Below, piece after piece: positions 9,291 to 20,022 of a stretch of 62,581 bases of DNA. The stretch is from IMG/VR virus record IMGVR_UViG_3300045988_172680, one strand, 5' to 3'. Both the position numbers and the translations under genes were made by a program. The notes below the pieces were generated by a model. The model saw only the letters and a program-made list of their open reading frames with translations. It was not told the DNA's origin and did not search any database. The number at the start of each line of letters is the position of its first letter. The stretch's first letter is position 1. The DNA is from a virus.

Positions 9291-10199
9291 ATGGCTGAAT
9301 GCACTTGTGCCAACCCCCAAGCCGTAGCCAATGCCATCAATCAGGCGTCGAGCAAGGTCTCCAAAAGCATCGACGGCGCAGGCGACAAGATAGACAAGAC
9401 ATTACATGGGGCAGGCCATGGTGGTTCTTCTGGTGTTCTCGACACACTCAGGTTTTGCCACTGGGCCGCACCCGAATATGGTCCGGTGGGTGAGAATGCC
9501 TGGTCGAACTTCTTCAAGGCAGCGCAGATAGCCATTGCCACCCTGAACGCCACCATCCAGGGGCAGATAGCAGACAAGCAGCAGGACCTCGCTGAAGGCT
9601 ACTATCAGCAGGCAAAATACAAGTGGGACAGGTTCGATAAAAGGTATCGTCCGCTTGAAGAGAAACTGCTGCAAGAAGTCTCCACCGCGCCCGTAGCGGA
9701 GATGGATTGTCTCGATGACCGGGCCCGGGCGGAAGATGCCGTCAACAGTGCCTACGACACTGTCGGGGCATTTCTCTCCCGCAGGGCCAAGGCCGAACGG
9801 TTATGTATCGACCCGTCCATGATGGCGCGGATGTCTTTTGGTCGCAGTCTGATGCTGGTGGATACCGAAAACTACAACCTGCGCGACGACACCTGGTTCA
9901 TGGACTTCAAGAACGACCAGCGCTGGAACCGGCGCGGGAACGTCCTCAACCTCGGACGCAACCTTGGGTCGATGGCCATGAAATACGGGGATGTGGCACG
10001 TTCCCTGATGAACGACGTATCAGGTATCGCCAACAAGGCATTCGGCAGTATCGGCATGGCGTTGGGGTATTACGGTGCCAGATTCGATACCGTATATCCT
10101 ACGACCTATCTGGGCACTAACGGTCAAAGTGGCGGCATCGTCTCGCTCGCCGCCGGTGCTACAAATCCTGCCGCCCCGGGTGGTGGTCTCGCTATATAG
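9291..10199 (+). CDS. Hypothetical virion protein (302 aa), paralog of 8553..9284
   Basis: C-terminal VYPTTYLGTN. N-terminal MAEC matches the start of the 15501 gene. Confidence 0.4.
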   Translation: MAECTCANPQAVANAINQASSKVSKSIDGAGDKIDKTLHGAGHGGSSGVLDTLRFCHWAAPEYGPVGENAWSNFFKAAQIAIATLNATIQGQIADKQQDLAEGYYQQAKYKWDRFDKRYRPLEEKLLQEVSTAPVAEMDCLDDRARAEDAVNSAYDTVGAFLSRRAKAERLCIDPSMMARMSFGRSLMLVDTENYNLRDDTWFMDFKNDQRWNRRGNVLNLGRNLGSMAMKYGDVARSLMNDVSGIANKAFGSIGMALGYYGARFDTVYPTTYLGTNGQSGGIVSLAAGATNPAAPGGGLAI

Positions 10200-10210
10200 G
10201 AGCATGACAT

Positions 10211-10690
10211 ATGGACTTTGGTAATCTTTTCGCCGCCATCGGACGGGCCCTTCCCGGTTTCGTCGAAGGGGAACGGATGGCTGTGCAAGACAACTGGAAC
10301 GACCTGAACCAGTACAACAAGGTACAGGCAGGGCAACTCGAGAATGCCTTCACCGAACAGACGTTCAATCCCCGGATGCAAATTGTTTATGACGCCGCCC
10401 GCAATTCGGGGCTTGGTGTACTGAACAACCGCATGACCACAGCACAGAATATGACGATTCACCCTGCCATCATGGCCCGCAACTACTACGCCAGTCTGTA
10501 CGCGCCGCAAAATGCGCAGCTCGAACAGCAGTTGCTCGCCAACATGTACCGGCAGATGCCGGGTATGCTGGCCAGTGCCGGGGCTGCTGGCGGCGGGTTG
10601 AATCCCATGGACATCGCACTGTACCGTGCCCTGCTCGGTAGCGGTCTCGGCGGCGCGGTTCCTTCGCAGACTAACCCCTCTTCCATGTAA
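10211..10690 (+). CDS. Hypothetical virion protein (159 aa)
   Basis: ORF with RBS AGGAGCATGACAT. Confidence 0.4.
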   Translation: MDFGNLFAAIGRALPGFVEGERMAVQDNWNDLNQYNKVQAGQLENAFTEQTFNPRMQIVYDAARNSGLGVLNNRMTTAQNMTIHPAIMARNYYASLYAPQNAQLEQQLLANMYRQMPGMLASAGAAGGGLNPMDIALYRALLGSGLGGAVPSQTNPSSM

Positions 10691-10701
10691 GGAGTTCTAC
10701 C

Positions 10702-11679
10702 ATGCCTACTGTTGACCCTGCGATTGCCCGCGCTCTGGCGGAAGCCCGTGCACAGGCCATCTCCGAAGAACATCTCAACAACGTCATGGGGTCGCAGGAA
10801 TGGTATCTTCCTGTCGACCATCCTGCTATGCAGCTCGCCAACAGCGTCGCACAAGCTGCGGCTGCGCCCCCTGCTGGTGGTTATGTTGCCGCCCCTGTCC
10901 CCGGCATGGTCGCCACTCAGGCATCCGGGGCGCACTACTCTGCCCCCGGCGCGCGTGCCGGATACGAGGCCGCCGGGATGCCCCCGGTGATGCATCAGAG
11001 TAACCCGTATGCCACGGCAGCTTTTCGCACCACCATGGACCCCTACGGCAATGTCGGTGTCCAACCGTTGGTCGGATTCCCGTCGCAGTATCCGCATGTG
11101 GTGAACGGTGCTGTCATCGACCCCATGGTGCGAGAGATGCCCGGCATCATGCCGTTCATGCAGGTGCCTGCCGGTCCCGCTCTCCAGCAGGCTACCACTC
11201 CGGTACGGCGTGCCGCGCCTGCTGCCCCTGCGCAGCGTTCTACTGCGACCACTGCCGCTGCGCCCGCAGCACGCCGGGGTCTCAAACTCTCCGGGGAAGG
11301 TCCCTTCCCGCTCAAGGAAGAAGTGCGCACCACGGCTCCGGCACCTGCCCAGCCTGCGCCTGTCGAGACGGTGGTGTATCCTGACCGTCCTATCGACATG
11401 TCCTATGATGAAGGTGAAATCATGTCGCAGGCTATGGCCCTTGCCAGAGACCCGCGCACGGCGCAGGTTCTTGGCGGCTTACCTTCGGCCCGGGAGCTTG
11501 GTCAGCGGCTTGGGCCCACCTACGACCCCAATTCCACTGCTGCCACCTGGGGCCGTGTAGCGGCTGACATCGACCAGCTCCCGCCCTACATGCAATTGCC
11601 TGCCCTGCTCGCCGCTCTCCTGTCCGGTAAGGACTACATCCGGCAGCCGCAGCAGGCTGCGCCCACGGTGGCACAGTAA
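10702..11679 (+). CDS. Hypothetical virion protein, Ala/Pro-rich (325 aa)
   Basis: RBS AAGGAG. Low-complexity A/P-rich sequence. Confidence 0.4.
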   Translation: MPTVDPAIARALAEARAQAISEEHLNNVMGSQEWYLPVDHPAMQLANSVAQAAAAPPAGGYVAAPVPGMVATQASGAHYSAPGARAGYEAAGMPPVMHQSNPYATAAFRTTMDPYGNVGVQPLVGFPSQYPHVVNGAVIDPMVREMPGIMPFMQVPAGPALQQATTPVRRAAPAAPAQRSTATTAAAPAARRGLKLSGEGPFPLKEEVRTTAPAPAQPAPVETVVYPDRPIDMSYDEGEIMSQAMALARDPRTAQVLGGLPSARELGQRLGPTYDPNSTAATWGRVAADIDQLPPYMQLPALLAALLSGKDYIRQPQQAAPTVAQ

Positions 11680-11689
11680 GGACTAGACC

Positions 11690-11914
11690 ATGAGTATGCT
11701 TTTGGATACCATCAAAGGTGCTGAATCCGGTGCGTCTATTGTCGATAAGACGCAGTTCATGGACGACGAACAGTACCACCAGAATATGTATATGCTCGAA
11801 TCGGCTTTGCGTGAGCTTGGTCAAGACAGCACATCCAAAAGTGTCGTCTCTGGTGATGTCTCTCCTTATGATGCTGATTTGCGTCGCATCATCGAAGCCG
11901 TTACCCTGGAGTAA
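11690..11914 (+). CDS. Hypothetical protein (74 aa)
   Basis: RBS AAGGACTAGACC then ATG. Confidence 0.35.
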   Translation: MSMLLDTIKGAESGASIVDKTQFMDDEQYHQNMYMLESALRELGQDSTSKSVVSGDVSPYDADLRRIIEAVTLE

Positions 11915-11919
11915 ACATC

Positions 11920-14900
11920 ATGCCGCAGTTTTCCCTCCCCACTGTCAACATACGTCCTTTCGAAACCCCCGACTACACGAAGGACTTGAGGTCCTTGTCT
12001 ATGCTGTATGCCGCAATGGCTCGCGGACAGCGTGGTGGCGGTGCGGGAGGGGGACGCGGCGGCAGCGGCAAGGTGTATCATATTTACCGTGGTCTCGATG
12101 AACAGGGGAACCCCATCTATGAACCTGTCTATGGTGGCACAGAAAAACTGGCTACCCGAAACTTCGAGGCCATGACTAATGACAGGGCGAAGTTTGCTTT
12201 GTCGAACGACCCTGTCGTATCCAAGAAACTTGCCAATCTTCCTGAGCTGTCTACTGAAGGACAGGCAGAAGTCCTCGAATCCATCCGCAAAGAGGACATC
12301 CCTCGCCTCGAGAAGACGCTAAAAATCCCTGCTGCTGCACTCATACGCGAAGGTCTGGCCGAACATGAAGCGGCCCGTCGGCAGCAGTTGCGCTCTATCG
12401 AGGACAACGATTGGAGTTCGCTTTTCTCCCGCGTCAAGGAAGGTATCGCTACTTTCAGCGACAACCTGGACATGCTCGGCGCTTCTGCTGAGGAAAAGAA
12501 ACTCATCGCCCAGAGAGGTGAAGAGCGCAGACAGCAGGCTATCGCGGCCAATCCGTACTGGCAGGAACAGGAACGGCTGCGAGCCGAAGGGCGCCTCGGT
12601 ACGCTTGAGCATGTCGTGACCAATCCTCTCGACACCATGGCCGATACCATCGGCGACCTCGGCGCCGGTCTTGCCGGTGCTGTCGTCGGTGCCAAGACCG
12701 GCAGTGCCCTGGGCGCGACCCTTGGTCTCCCCGGCGCTGTGGGTGGCGCTGTGGGTGGCGCCTTGCTTGGTGGTCTCGCTGGTGTCCCAACGGGTGTCGG
12801 GAGCTATACGCGACGCGTGGTGAATGACCCCAACCTCAGTGACCAGCAGCAGATGCAGGCCATCGAGGCGGGCTCTGCCGGTGCCGGTCTGACTGGGTTT
12901 GCCGCGAATGCTCTGCCCGGTGGTGTCTTCGCCCGCAGCGCCTTGGCGCCTATCTCTCGTGGTGCGGCTGCTCTGGCCCAGCGAGGTATCGGCGGTGGCG
13001 CCATGCAACGGCTGGCTAACGCAGGTACGGATGTCGCATCGCAGGGGCTTTTGGCCCGTTCGGTGCGTGCCCTTCCTGCTTCCATGCTTGAAGGCGCCAT
13101 GATGAATGCCGGGCAGCAGTTCGGTGAGAACGTGGTCTTCAACCAGAATACCGGTCTGGCTGCACCTTTGTCCGAGAACGTCCTGGATGCGGCTCTCGCC
13201 GGTGCTGTGACCGGCGTGCCGTTCGCCCCGTTCAATGCTGCTCCGGCTACATCGCGGCGTCCCGTCGAACGGACGACAGACACAACGCAGCCTCCTGCCG
13301 ATGCTGCGGATTCTACCGCATCTCCTGTCGAACCCATCGGTCCGTCGGGTTCTAATGGTGCCGTTGTCTCCAATGCCGCCGAAGCGACAGACGTAACCGC
13401 AGTGAAGACGGCGGGTTCGTCCGGGTTCAAACCTTACACGGGGCGCAACAAACGGTATACCGGTATCAGTGACGATGTTGCCAGTATGCTGCGAGCGATG
13501 TTCACCGACACGCGTGCGGCTGCGGACAATTTCGCCACGGTACATCCCAATGACAAGGCTGACGCAAAGGCCAGTGCAAAATTCCGCAACGACCTCTACA
13601 TCGGGGACTACATCAACGGTCTGCTGAAATCCACCGGTATGTCCGTCGAACAGCTCAGGGCCGAAGTCAACAGCCGTGTCTCGATGCCGGGCTTCAACAA
13701 TGTTTTCAAGTCGCGGCGCGAACGTCAAATCGTCCAGGAAGTGGCGAGGCGCCTCAATGATGAGACGTACCTCAGCGACCTTTTCAACGACCGTCTCATC
13801 ACGCCCGAACATGTCGCTGCTGAACCCCCCAATGCAACGGGGCAACCCGCACCTGCGAAGGTACGTCAGACCGAAGCCGAACCTGTAGCCGAGCCGGTGG
13901 CAGAGACTGTGCAGCAGCCCGTGGCCGAGCCTGTGCAGCAGCCCGTGGGGGATTTCCTCCCCACTGCCGACATCAGAGCTATCCAGGATTACATCGGACG
14001 GTTCGGAAACGACTTGACGGAAGCTGAACGTGCGCAAGTCTGGGCCCGTATAGACGAATTGAACCCCGCCGACTATGCGGAACTTTCTCCCTGGTTCGAG
14101 CAACAGCTCGGACCGAACAAGTTGCGGGACAGTGCGGCCAGTCTGGCCGCAGAACTTTCCCAGGAGGACACCACCAATGGCGCAAACCCGACACGACCCG
14201 GTAAAAGAGGCAGCCGAAGCGAACAAGCTGCCGTCGTGGGAAATGATGGACCAGACGCAACGAACCGACCTGTTGCAGAAAGTATTGCTCCTGTTGTTGC
14301 AGGGGAACCCGGTACCGCGCCCGATGCTGGAACCGCTACCGCTGCCGCTCTTGCACAAGCTGTTGATGGCGGTTCGACGGTTGCAAAACGAGGGGATGCT
14401 GGGGCCCCGGCACAGACTGCCGGAACGACTGCGCCGGATGCGGGAGTTATTGTCCGCAAGAGGGCTCGAAAAGCCACGCCAGCCGACGGAGAACGAAGTG
14501 TTGGCGATGCAACCGCGCAGCCTGCAACAACAGGTGAGAGCACAGGAAGCCCTCGGACTGCGCGAAGCGCAGGGAAGAGCGATGGTGGGGATGCAGCAAA
14601 CGCTGGCCGCAACAAACGCACCGGGGCTGAGACTCCCGCACGGGACCGAGTAAATCCTTACGGAAAGCTGGATTTCTCCCGGGTAGATTTGAACGCGACC
14701 TCCAGTGCTGCGCTCTTCGACGACTTGATGTTGGGTAGAGCCTTGCAGGATTCCCTCGATGATGCGGAGAAAATCTTCGCCATCTCTACGGCGTCTGCTG
14801 CGCTGCATCCTCACGGTAACAGACACTCCACAGGTTTGTCCGCTCTCGGATGGTACGCGAGACAGAGAGGCGGGGAATTTCCTGTCATCAACGCTGACCT

Positions 14901-15489
14901 GGATGCTGTGTTGGGGACCATCGAGACACCTCCGGTGCCCGACTATTTCACGCAGGCATCGAAGGCTCTGAATGCTTCGACGACGAAGGAAGCCCGCAAT
15001 GCTCTCCAGCCGCTTATAGAGCAGCACCCGAAGGAAGCCGCACAGGCGGGTATCCTGGACGCCTTGCAGCGGGCCGAGAAAGCTCAGGCCGTGGCCGCCA
15101 AGGAAGCGGCCAATCTGGAAGCCCTGGAGTCTGAGCCGGTATCCCTGGGGGACATCACGGACTTCATCCGCGACATCCCCGAGCAGGTCATGCGGGACGC
15201 CTTCAACTCTCCCAAGCTCGACATCAACATGGGGTACGGCAAAGTCCTGCGCCTGTTGACCAAGGAAGCGAATCCCAGGCTCAAGCTGACAGACAAAGAA
15301 GTCCAGGCCCTCAACTATCTGCGTAAAAATACAGACCTGCCGTCCATCGACACGCGGGACTTTGCCGACATCCAGTCCAACTGGAAGTCCATGGCACATG
15401 ACCTGGGCTTCAATGTCAACAAGACAGACAGTTCCCTGACCACTGCCGAGGCTGTCAAGAAAGTCACCAAACGCGCACGGAAGTGCTGA
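11920..15489 (+). CDS. Large internal virion/ejection protein (1189 aa), putative
   Basis: Size and position as in T7 gp15/gp16. Contains a Gly/Ala-rich hydrophobic segment (GAGLAGAVVGAKTG...GGALLGGLAGV) typical of internal core proteins. Also carries an internal EPVAEPVAETVQQPVAEPVQQPV repeat. Confidence 0.45.
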   Translation: MPQFSLPTVNIRPFETPDYTKDLRSLSMLYAAMARGQRGGGAGGGRGGSGKVYHIYRGLDEQGNPIYEPVYGGTEKLATRNFEAMTNDRAKFALSNDPVVSKKLANLPELSTEGQAEVLESIRKEDIPRLEKTLKIPAAALIREGLAEHEAARRQQLRSIEDNDWSSLFSRVKEGIATFSDNLDMLGASAEEKKLIAQRGEERRQQAIAANPYWQEQERLRAEGRLGTLEHVVTNPLDTMADTIGDLGAGLAGAVVGAKTGSALGATLGLPGAVGGAVGGALLGGLAGVPTGVGSYTRRVVNDPNLSDQQQMQAIEAGSAGAGLTGFAANALPGGVFARSALAPISRGAAALAQRGIGGGAMQRLANAGTDVASQGLLARSVRALPASMLEGAMMNAGQQFGENVVFNQNTGLAAPLSENVLDAALAGAVTGVPFAPFNAAPATSRRPVERTTDTTQPPADAADSTASPVEPIGPSGSNGAVVSNAAEATDVTAVKTAGSSGFKPYTGRNKRYTGISDDVASMLRAMFTDTRAAADNFATVHPNDKADAKASAKFRNDLYIGDYINGLLKSTGMSVEQLRAEVNSRVSMPGFNNVFKSRRERQIVQEVARRLNDETYLSDLFNDRLITPEHVAAEPPNATGQPAPAKVRQTEAEPVAEPVAETVQQPVAEPVQQPVGDFLPTADIRAIQDYIGRFGNDLTEAERAQVWARIDELNPADYAELSPWFEQQLGPNKLRDSAASLAAELSQEDTTNGANPTRPGKRGSRSEQAAVVGNDGPDATNRPVAESIAPVVAGEPGTAPDAGTATAAALAQAVDGGSTVAKRGDAGAPAQTAGTTAPDAGVIVRKRARKATPADGERSVGDATAQPATTGESTGSPRTARSAGKSDGGDAANAGRNKRTGAETPARDRVNPYGKLDFSRVDLNATSSAALFDDLMLGRALQDSLDDAEKIFAISTASAALHPHGNRHSTGLSALGWYARQRGGEFPVINADLDAVLGTIETPPVPDYFTQASKALNASTTKEARNALQPLIEQHPKEAAQAGILDALQRAEKAQAVAAKEAANLEALESEPVSLGDITDFIRDIPEQVMRDAFNSPKLDINMGYGKVLRLLTKEANPRLKLTDKEVQALNYLRKNTDLPSIDTRDFADIQSNWKSMAHDLGFNVNKTDSSLTTAEAVKKVTKRARKC

Positions 15490-15500
15490 GGATAACAGAC

Positions 15501-18500
15501 ATGGCTGAATGTCCCAACGATACCGAGTTCCTGCGGGCCGGACTTGATAACCCCACGGGTTTCGGCCCGCAGCAGGCTTCCCGTATGGATAGTGCAGGGA
15601 ACCCTGCTGGCGATGAAGCACTCCATGCGGCACGAGAGCAGCGTGAGCGTGAAGACATCTATGCGTCTTTCGATGAGCTTTCTCGTAGTACCCAATACAC
15701 GGCGGAAGAACCCAGCGCTTCCGACCAGGCGGCTGCCCGCAAAGCAGCCGCCCGCATGGCGCGCATGAAAGAGCTGGCTGATGAAGCCGTGTCCAGGCGT
15801 AACGAAGAATTTGATGAAGCCGTTCGCATGGCGACGAACACCAGTCTTGGTGCTGCCTCGTGGTGGTTGAACTTCCAGAATGGTATCTACACGAAGTTCG
15901 TGAACATTCGCGGCGGCTTCGCCAAGTGGGCCAGACTCTTTGCTGACCAGGCCAACCGCCCGACGAACGAGAACACTCTCTGGCGCATCTTTGACCAGAC
16001 GCCTCAGAAAGTACGCGCACTGAATCTGCTCATGCGCGACCGTGTCGCGAGCTTCACACAATCGCTCGAACCTGTTGCCCGTCGTATAGGTTGGACGGGC
16101 AGCCTGGAAGACCTTGCGCGTGTTATGGGCCACTACGCTGTGTGCAGGCACATCCCGGAGACCAACGATTTGCTGCTCGGGCGCTGGATGGATGAAGCTG
16201 AAGACATCGTGAGCAAGGGCCCTGACATGAACGGCAGGGACAAGAAGCGTCTGATGGAGCTGGAGCGCAACATCGAACAGCTCGAAGACTTCATCGACGA
16301 AACTACCGACCTCCCCGAAGACCTCGTGTCCGCAGGTTACACCAACGGAGAGGCGCAGTTCGAGATGGACCGCATCCTGCGAGAGACCGGTCTTTCCAAA
16401 GAAGAAGCCGACACCATCGCTGATGGTATCTCCGGTCTTTTCGATATGGTGCTGGAAGAGCGCGTCAAGGCTGGTGTCGTCTCGCGAGAAGTGTTGGACA
16501 GCTTCCCCGGGTTCGAGCATTACGTCGCTATCAGAACCCGTGAAAGCAACCTGCTCGGTGTATCGAACGACAGCACGGCATACAACCCCGGGTCGTACTA
16601 CGCCATCCAGGGTCGGTCGTCCCGTCCTGACAGCGCGTATGACACGCTGTTCTTCTACATCAACCGGGCGGCGACCGAAGTCGGTTCCCGTGAGTTTGCT
16701 GTGAACATGTTCGCCGTTGCTGACCATCTGCTGGAGACCGGCGCTATCGACGCTTCTGGTATCAAGACCTACGATTACGCCTCCCTCATGCGGATGGCTC
16801 ACAGCACGAACCCCAAGCAGCGCGCCATCGCTGACCAGCTCCTTACCGGGGGTGGTATCGTGGCAGATGTACCTACGCCTACTGCTGACGGTGAGACTGT
16901 CATCAAAAGGCGTTACCTTCGCTTCGACCCCAAGTGGTCCCATGTGGAATCCGGTCTCACCGGTGAAATGCTCAACAATGCCATGTCCAGTGATTACAAG
17001 CTGGGCAGCGCCGGGTTGCCGGTCGAAGCTGCCGGGCGTTTCACCAGTCTTGTCAGCCAGCTCAATACGCGGTTCTCGCCTCTGTTCGCTCCGTTGTCCG
17101 GTTCTCGTGATGTGATGGAACGCGCATCCAACATGGTGAATCGTGACTATTATGCTGAAGACGGCACTCGCATTAAAGGCAGCTCTCTGGCAGCTAAAGT
17201 GCTGGCGAACACGCCGAGGACATCCAAAGCCTTGCTGGACATCATGCAGGGCAGGCTCGACGAATCGAATCCCATGTACCAATATCTGGATGAATACCGT
17301 CGCGGCGGTCTGTTCCAGAAATACATCCAGGGACAGCGGTCTCCGGTCGAAGAATCCGGGACCATCTCTGGACTGCCGGATGCTTCTTCCCGACTGGAGA
17401 AGACCATCGTCGGTTATGGGGGCCCCAGCGTAGCACGCTGGCTGAGAAGTCTCGGCACGTCGAAGAACCAAGTCATGCGTGTACTGGATGGCTGGAACGA
17501 CTTCTTCCAGAATGCGGGTGCTTTTGCCCAGTTCGTCACCCTGCGCGAAGCCGGAGTACCGGCAAGCCGTGCGGCCCGTGGCGTGCTGGAGATGATGAAC
17601 CTGAGCCATCGTGGTGAACTGACGCCGTACCTTCGCGTCCTGTTTCCCTATGTCGTACCCACTGTGGAATCTGGTGTGGCCCTGGCCCGCACCTTGGGTC
17701 TCGGTGCGCGTACCCCAGGTGACATCATCAAACAGGGGATGCGTGGATACATGGGCCTGCTGGCTGCCTACGGGGCGTATTCCATGTTGTACCCGCTGGC
17801 CCGGGAATCCCTTGGCCGGGATGAGAATGGCAAGTATCGTATGGATGCCATGTCGCTGTCCGAGCTGGTGCGCGGCATACCCATCGGCATGGGGTCTGAG
17901 GGAGACTTCGTCCGCTTCCCTGTCGGTTTTGGTCTGCCGCAGATAGCGGCCATGCTGTCCGTTGGTCAGGAACGTGTGGCGAGCGGTCTCATGTCTCCGC
18001 AAGACCTGGCCTTCGATACGCTGTTCCTCACGGTCAAGAACACTATGCCGGGCAACTGGCCCGACTATCGCTTCACGGAACATCCTGCTGATTATCTGGC
18101 AGCGTTTCTCTGCCCGCCGCCCCTGCGCCCCTTTGTCGATGTTGCCATCAACCGGTCGTATTTCGGGCAAGAGATAACCCGCGAGTCTTCCCAGGGTACG
18201 ACGGCGCTGTCATCTACGGGCCGAACGAATACCCCGGTCATCTGGCACAACATGGCGAAACGCCTCAACAGCGAGACCGGCATCGACTTCGCTCCTGAAC
18301 AACTGCGCTACATGGCGAAGAGCATCCTCACCGGTCCCCTGCGCATGGTCATGGGTGCCGTGGAAGACGAAGCCCTTTACAAAGGGTCGCAGAGCATGTC
18401 CGAATTTCGTGATATGCACCCGCTGCTGCGTGGACTTGGTACGTCCACATGGTTCGGGAATGCCGGGAAGTCGAGCCAGCTTTTGTACTACAACGCCAAG

Positions 18501-18824
18501 GATGAATACGAATCCCGCATCCGGCGTTCCGGTGTGAAGATAACGTCACCTGACCGCAGCGTCGACGCCGGAGCCTATCGTCAGGCCCAGCTCGAAAAAA
18601 TCGGTTTCACCCCGGAAGAGATTTCCGACTACATGCTCATCTGGGAAACCGACAAAGCGCTTCGGAAAAACGGCACGGACTTCAACAAGGAATACAAGGA
18701 CAGGTGGCTCGCGATGGAAGACTCGGAAGAACTGCGTACCGCATTCGCCAACCTTGAGCTTTCGTCCGGGAACCTATACGATGCAGCCGTAAGCGCGTTG
18801 AATTATTACCAGACGAGGGGTTAG
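15501..18824 (+). CDS. Large internal virion/ejection protein (about 1107 aa), putative
   Basis: ATG with GAGGATAAC RBS (the track ORF begins at 15483, overlapping the previous stop). Second giant protein of the structural operon. Confidence 0.45.
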   Translation: MAECPNDTEFLRAGLDNPTGFGPQQASRMDSAGNPAGDEALHAAREQREREDIYASFDELSRSTQYTAEEPSASDQAAARKAAARMARMKELADEAVSRRNEEFDEAVRMATNTSLGAASWWLNFQNGIYTKFVNIRGGFAKWARLFADQANRPTNENTLWRIFDQTPQKVRALNLLMRDRVASFTQSLEPVARRIGWTGSLEDLARVMGHYAVCRHIPETNDLLLGRWMDEAEDIVSKGPDMNGRDKKRLMELERNIEQLEDFIDETTDLPEDLVSAGYTNGEAQFEMDRILRETGLSKEEADTIADGISGLFDMVLEERVKAGVVSREVLDSFPGFEHYVAIRTRESNLLGVSNDSTAYNPGSYYAIQGRSSRPDSAYDTLFFYINRAATEVGSREFAVNMFAVADHLLETGAIDASGIKTYDYASLMRMAHSTNPKQRAIADQLLTGGGIVADVPTPTADGETVIKRRYLRFDPKWSHVESGLTGEMLNNAMSSDYKLGSAGLPVEAAGRFTSLVSQLNTRFSPLFAPLSGSRDVMERASNMVNRDYYAEDGTRIKGSSLAAKVLANTPRTSKALLDIMQGRLDESNPMYQYLDEYRRGGLFQKYIQGQRSPVEESGTISGLPDASSRLEKTIVGYGGPSVARWLRSLGTSKNQVMRVLDGWNDFFQNAGAFAQFVTLREAGVPASRAARGVLEMMNLSHRGELTPYLRVLFPYVVPTVESGVALARTLGLGARTPGDIIKQGMRGYMGLLAAYGAYSMLYPLARESLGRDENGKYRMDAMSLSELVRGIPIGMGSEGDFVRFPVGFGLPQIAAMLSVGQERVASGLMSPQDLAFDTLFLTVKNTMPGNWPDYRFTEHPADYLAAFLCPPPLRPFVDVAINRSYFGQEITRESSQGTTALSSTGRTNTPVIWHNMAKRLNSETGIDFAPEQLRYMAKSILTGPLRMVMGAVEDEALYKGSQSMSEFRDMHPLLRGLGTSTWFGNAGKSSQLLYYNAKDEYESRIRRSGVKITSPDRSVDAGAYRQAQLEKIGFTPEEISDYMLIWETDKALRKNGTDFNKEYKDRWLAMEDSEELRTAFANLELSSGNLYDAAVSALNYYQTRG

Positions 18825-18825
18825 G

Positions 18826-19416
18826 ATGATTCTGTCGCTCACCGAAGATGTCACCCGCATCGGTATCCGTATCAAAGACTGGCGTAACAATCGCATCTTG
18901 CAGGACTGGCGCAACGTCATACTGACCATCATGCCCGGGCAAGTCGACAATGATTGCGCCTGCGGGTGTCACGTCGGCGGAAGTCCGTGGTATCTGCACG
19001 GCTGCTGGCCCGGGCATCGCGTCGATGTCGATGTGGCGAATCCTGCACCGCCTGACTTCGCCCCTATCGTATGCAGAGCATTCTCCTGGGGAGAAGATGG
19101 CACTGTGGAGTTCCGTATCCCCGACGTGTTCCATACACTGCCTTGGGGACGCTACACCGGTGTGTTGCAGTATCACCCGGCACTCAACAAGCCACTCGAT
19201 TTCCGAATGCTCCGCACCCTCCGTGATACACCGCATCCTGTTGATTCTCCGTGTGTTCCTGACCTGAGTATCCATCCTCCGGTGCACCTGCCCCCCAAGC
19301 CGCTGTTTTGCGTTTTGGCGAGGTTCGATATAGACTACGGTCCTCGATGCAGTGAACACATTATCGACATGGCCCAGGTACAATTCATGCTTGGGACGTG
19401 TGACGAAGAGGTATAA
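18826..19416 (+). CDS. Hypothetical Cys/His-rich protein (196 aa)
   Basis: ORF begins immediately after the previous stop. Confidence 0.35.
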   Translation: MILSLTEDVTRIGIRIKDWRNNRILQDWRNVILTIMPGQVDNDCACGCHVGGSPWYLHGCWPGHRVDVDVANPAPPDFAPIVCRAFSWGEDGTVEFRIPDVFHTLPWGRYTGVLQYHPALNKPLDFRMLRTLRDTPHPVDSPCVPDLSIHPPVHLPPKPLFCVLARFDIDYGPRCSEHIIDMAQVQFMLGTCDEEV

Positions 19417-20007
19417 ATGGCACGGCACGACATCCCTTACGGTTGCGATGAAGGCTACCCTGTCAATCCCGTCATCGGTATCCCGCCCGGTGGCAAGGAT
19501 GGACAAGCTCTCATCTTTGACAGTTCTTCGCCTTGCCTCCTGCGGTGGGGCGAACCGCTGAAGGGCGACAAGGGTAACACCGGCAACACCGGTAAGACTG
19601 GTCCCAAAGGGGAACCGGGTTCCCCCGGCAAGCAGGGTCTCACCGGTCCTCCCGGCAAGCAGGGCCCTCCCGGCCCTCCCGGCCCTCCTGGTGAAACCGG
19701 CAGACAAGGTATCCCTGGGAAGCGCGGTCTGCGCGGGGTACCTGGCCCGAAGGGCATCCCCGGCCCGAAGGGCGACCCTGGCCCGCCCGGAAAGCAGGGC
19801 CCGGAAGGACGCCCGGGAGCTACCGGGAGAACCGGCTCCCCGGGCAAGCAAGGTCCTCCCGGCCCTCCCGGAACGAGTGACCATCGCGCACTGTCCAATC
19901 TCGACTACGCCAACAGCGGGCATATCGGATTCGCTTCTGAAGAAGCCCTTGCCAAACTCGAAAGGCGTGTAGTAGAACTTGAACACAGGCTTGCTGCAAG
20001 CAAGTAG
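19417..20007 (+). CDS. Collagen-like triple-helix repeat protein, putative fibre or decoration protein
   Basis: More than 35 consecutive G-X-Y triplets ([25 protein letters not shown]...) followed by a C-terminal coiled-coil tail. Confidence 0.6.
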   Translation: MARHDIPYGCDEGYPVNPVIGIPPGGKDGQALIFDSSSPCLLRWGEPLKGDKGNTGNTGKTGPKGEPGSPGKQGLTGPPGKQGPPGPPGPPGETGRQGIPGKRGLRGVPGPKGIPGPKGDPGPPGKQGPEGRPGATGRTGSPGKQGPPGPPGTSDHRALSNLDYANSGHIGFASEEALAKLERRVVELEHRLAASK

Positions 20008-20022
20008 ACAGGAGACACAGTC

